Made by a program: the position numbers and the translations under genes. A stretch of 64,000 nucleotides of DNA from Lama guanicoe (lineage: Eukaryota). Shown in pieces: positions 62,780 to 64,000 of the stretch (its first letter is position 1; every line of letters begins with the position of its first letter). The notes beneath the pieces were generated by a model, which saw only the letters and a program-made list of their open reading frames with translations, was not told where the DNA came from and ran no database searches. The stretch lies in contig MU054212.1 in assembly GCA_013239625.1 (NCBI GenBank), positions 4,074,650 to 4,138,649 of the forward strand. The letters are read 5' to 3'.

Positions 62780-63160
62780 GCAGTACACTCTGGCCCTCAC
62801 CCACCTTTCCAGATGATTCCTTGCTACATTCTTCAGTCCATCTGCTGCTTCAGCCAAGATGGGTGAATGTGCTGCTTTGTCTTAGCCCCTGGCCTTTGAT
62901 CTCGCTGTTTGCTCACCCTGGAATAGCATCTTTCCTTGGTGCTCCTGCTCAGCTCCAGCTAAATGTAAAATAAATGGAACAATCCCTCCTCTAAACCTCC
63001 ATAGTTTTTAAATACATACCTTTTGCATCTAATAATACTCTTCTTCTGATGCTCATTTCTGCACGTCTTTTAACTCTAATAAATAGAAAGATCCCCAAAA
63101 CAGGGACTATGCCTTTTGCCTTGGTTCTTAGAGGATTCCAGCTTAGGCTCATGCCTTATA
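62780..63160 (+). mobile_element. L2 remnant
   Basis: ggcctttgatctcgctgtttgctcaccctggaatagc; cagctaaatgt; cagggactatgcctttt. Confidence 0.55.
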
Positions 63161-63744
63161 CCTGTTAGTGGTGCAATAAATACTCCCTGAGTGAAAGAGC
63201 AGCATGGGTGATTGTTGCAGGTGGCCTAAAAAGGGAATATTCTCAAAAATATCAGAAAAGATTCTTTGGATGAGATACCTGTCGAAATGCAAGTTGGTGT
63301 CTAAAAAGTCAGTCTGAAATCTGAGAAATGTGGAGGCAGGATGTTGTTCAATGCTTGGTATTCCAATGGAATTGTCTTCCAATAGAGTAAAATTTAATCT
63401 CATCTTGTCTATCACAACGGGGGTTATTGGGAAGCACTTTGAATCAGACTGGGGAGATCTAGAATTGAGAATACAGGCGTCAATTCTTGGGATCGTCCTT
63501 ATCTTAGAAAGTGTAAGTTGGCAGACGTGGTGAGGTTGGAGGAAGTGACAGATTTCCAAGTACAAGCATGATGAGAGATGAGCGTAGAAATCAAATCTCA
63601 AACTTGGCTACTAAACCAAGTGGAAAAGATGTCTTTTGCACATGACAAATCAAGCTGGAAGAAGGATCCAAGATTTATGGTATCCAACCAAGCAAGAATT
63701 TTCATATATTCAAAGTACAATACAGGGTAAGACCGTAGGTTTGG

Positions 63745-63965
63745 GGTGTGTAGCTTTACTTCCTGGCTCTGCTTCTTTCTATCTATGTGACCTTGAGCAA
63801 CCTCTATAATTTCCTTGAGGTTTATTTTCCTCACTTGTAAAATGAGAACAATAATTTGTACTAGATTTATAGGGTGATTGTAAGGACTAGACAAGTTAAT
63901 GTATGTAAATTGCCTAGAGGAGGACCTTGCACGTAGTAAGAGCTAATAGCTATTAGCTATTATAT
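63745..63965 (+). mobile_element. MIR SINE
   Basis: tcctggctctgc...tgtgaccttgagcaa...ttcctcacttgtaaaatgagaacaataat...gcacgtagtaagagct. Confidence 0.88.
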
Positions 63966-64000
63966 AACTATTTACCTGTATATGTTTTGAGTGGCATGTT

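Noticed and set aside
1..64000. Host-gene strand inferred from TE orientation bias
   Set aside because: The four young L1 ends are on +, but older L1s and the LTRs occur on both strands; too few and inconsistent

Overview
Mammalian (eutherian) non-coding DNA, AT-rich and mostly CpG-depleted. It is most likely camelid, based on a vic-1-type tRNA-derived SINE at 56947-57073 and four copies of an artiodactyl/camelid-type L1 3' end. I recognise no protein-coding gene, rRNA, functional tRNA or CRISPR array, and the supplied ORFs look like chance ORFs or retroelement remnants, so this is intergenic DNA or a large intron. The window is a patchwork of old and lineage-specific transposable elements (L1, L2, L3/CR1, MIR, MaLR/ERVL/ERV1/Gypsy-like LTRs, hAT transposons) and microsatellites. 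The most notable items are: a U6 snRNA/L1 chimeric retrocopy (59422-59784); a mosaic of local duplications at 10.5-14.5 kb with one-sided CpG decay; a CpG-rich ERV1-like solo LTR with promoter-like motifs near 1.4-2.1 kb; a 4-kb stack of nested insertions (44.3-48.3 kb); and a tail-less internal L1 fragment. I found no evidence for a new multi-gene system. Repeat family names come from my recall of consensus sequences, not from a database search, and boundaries of old repeats are approximate.
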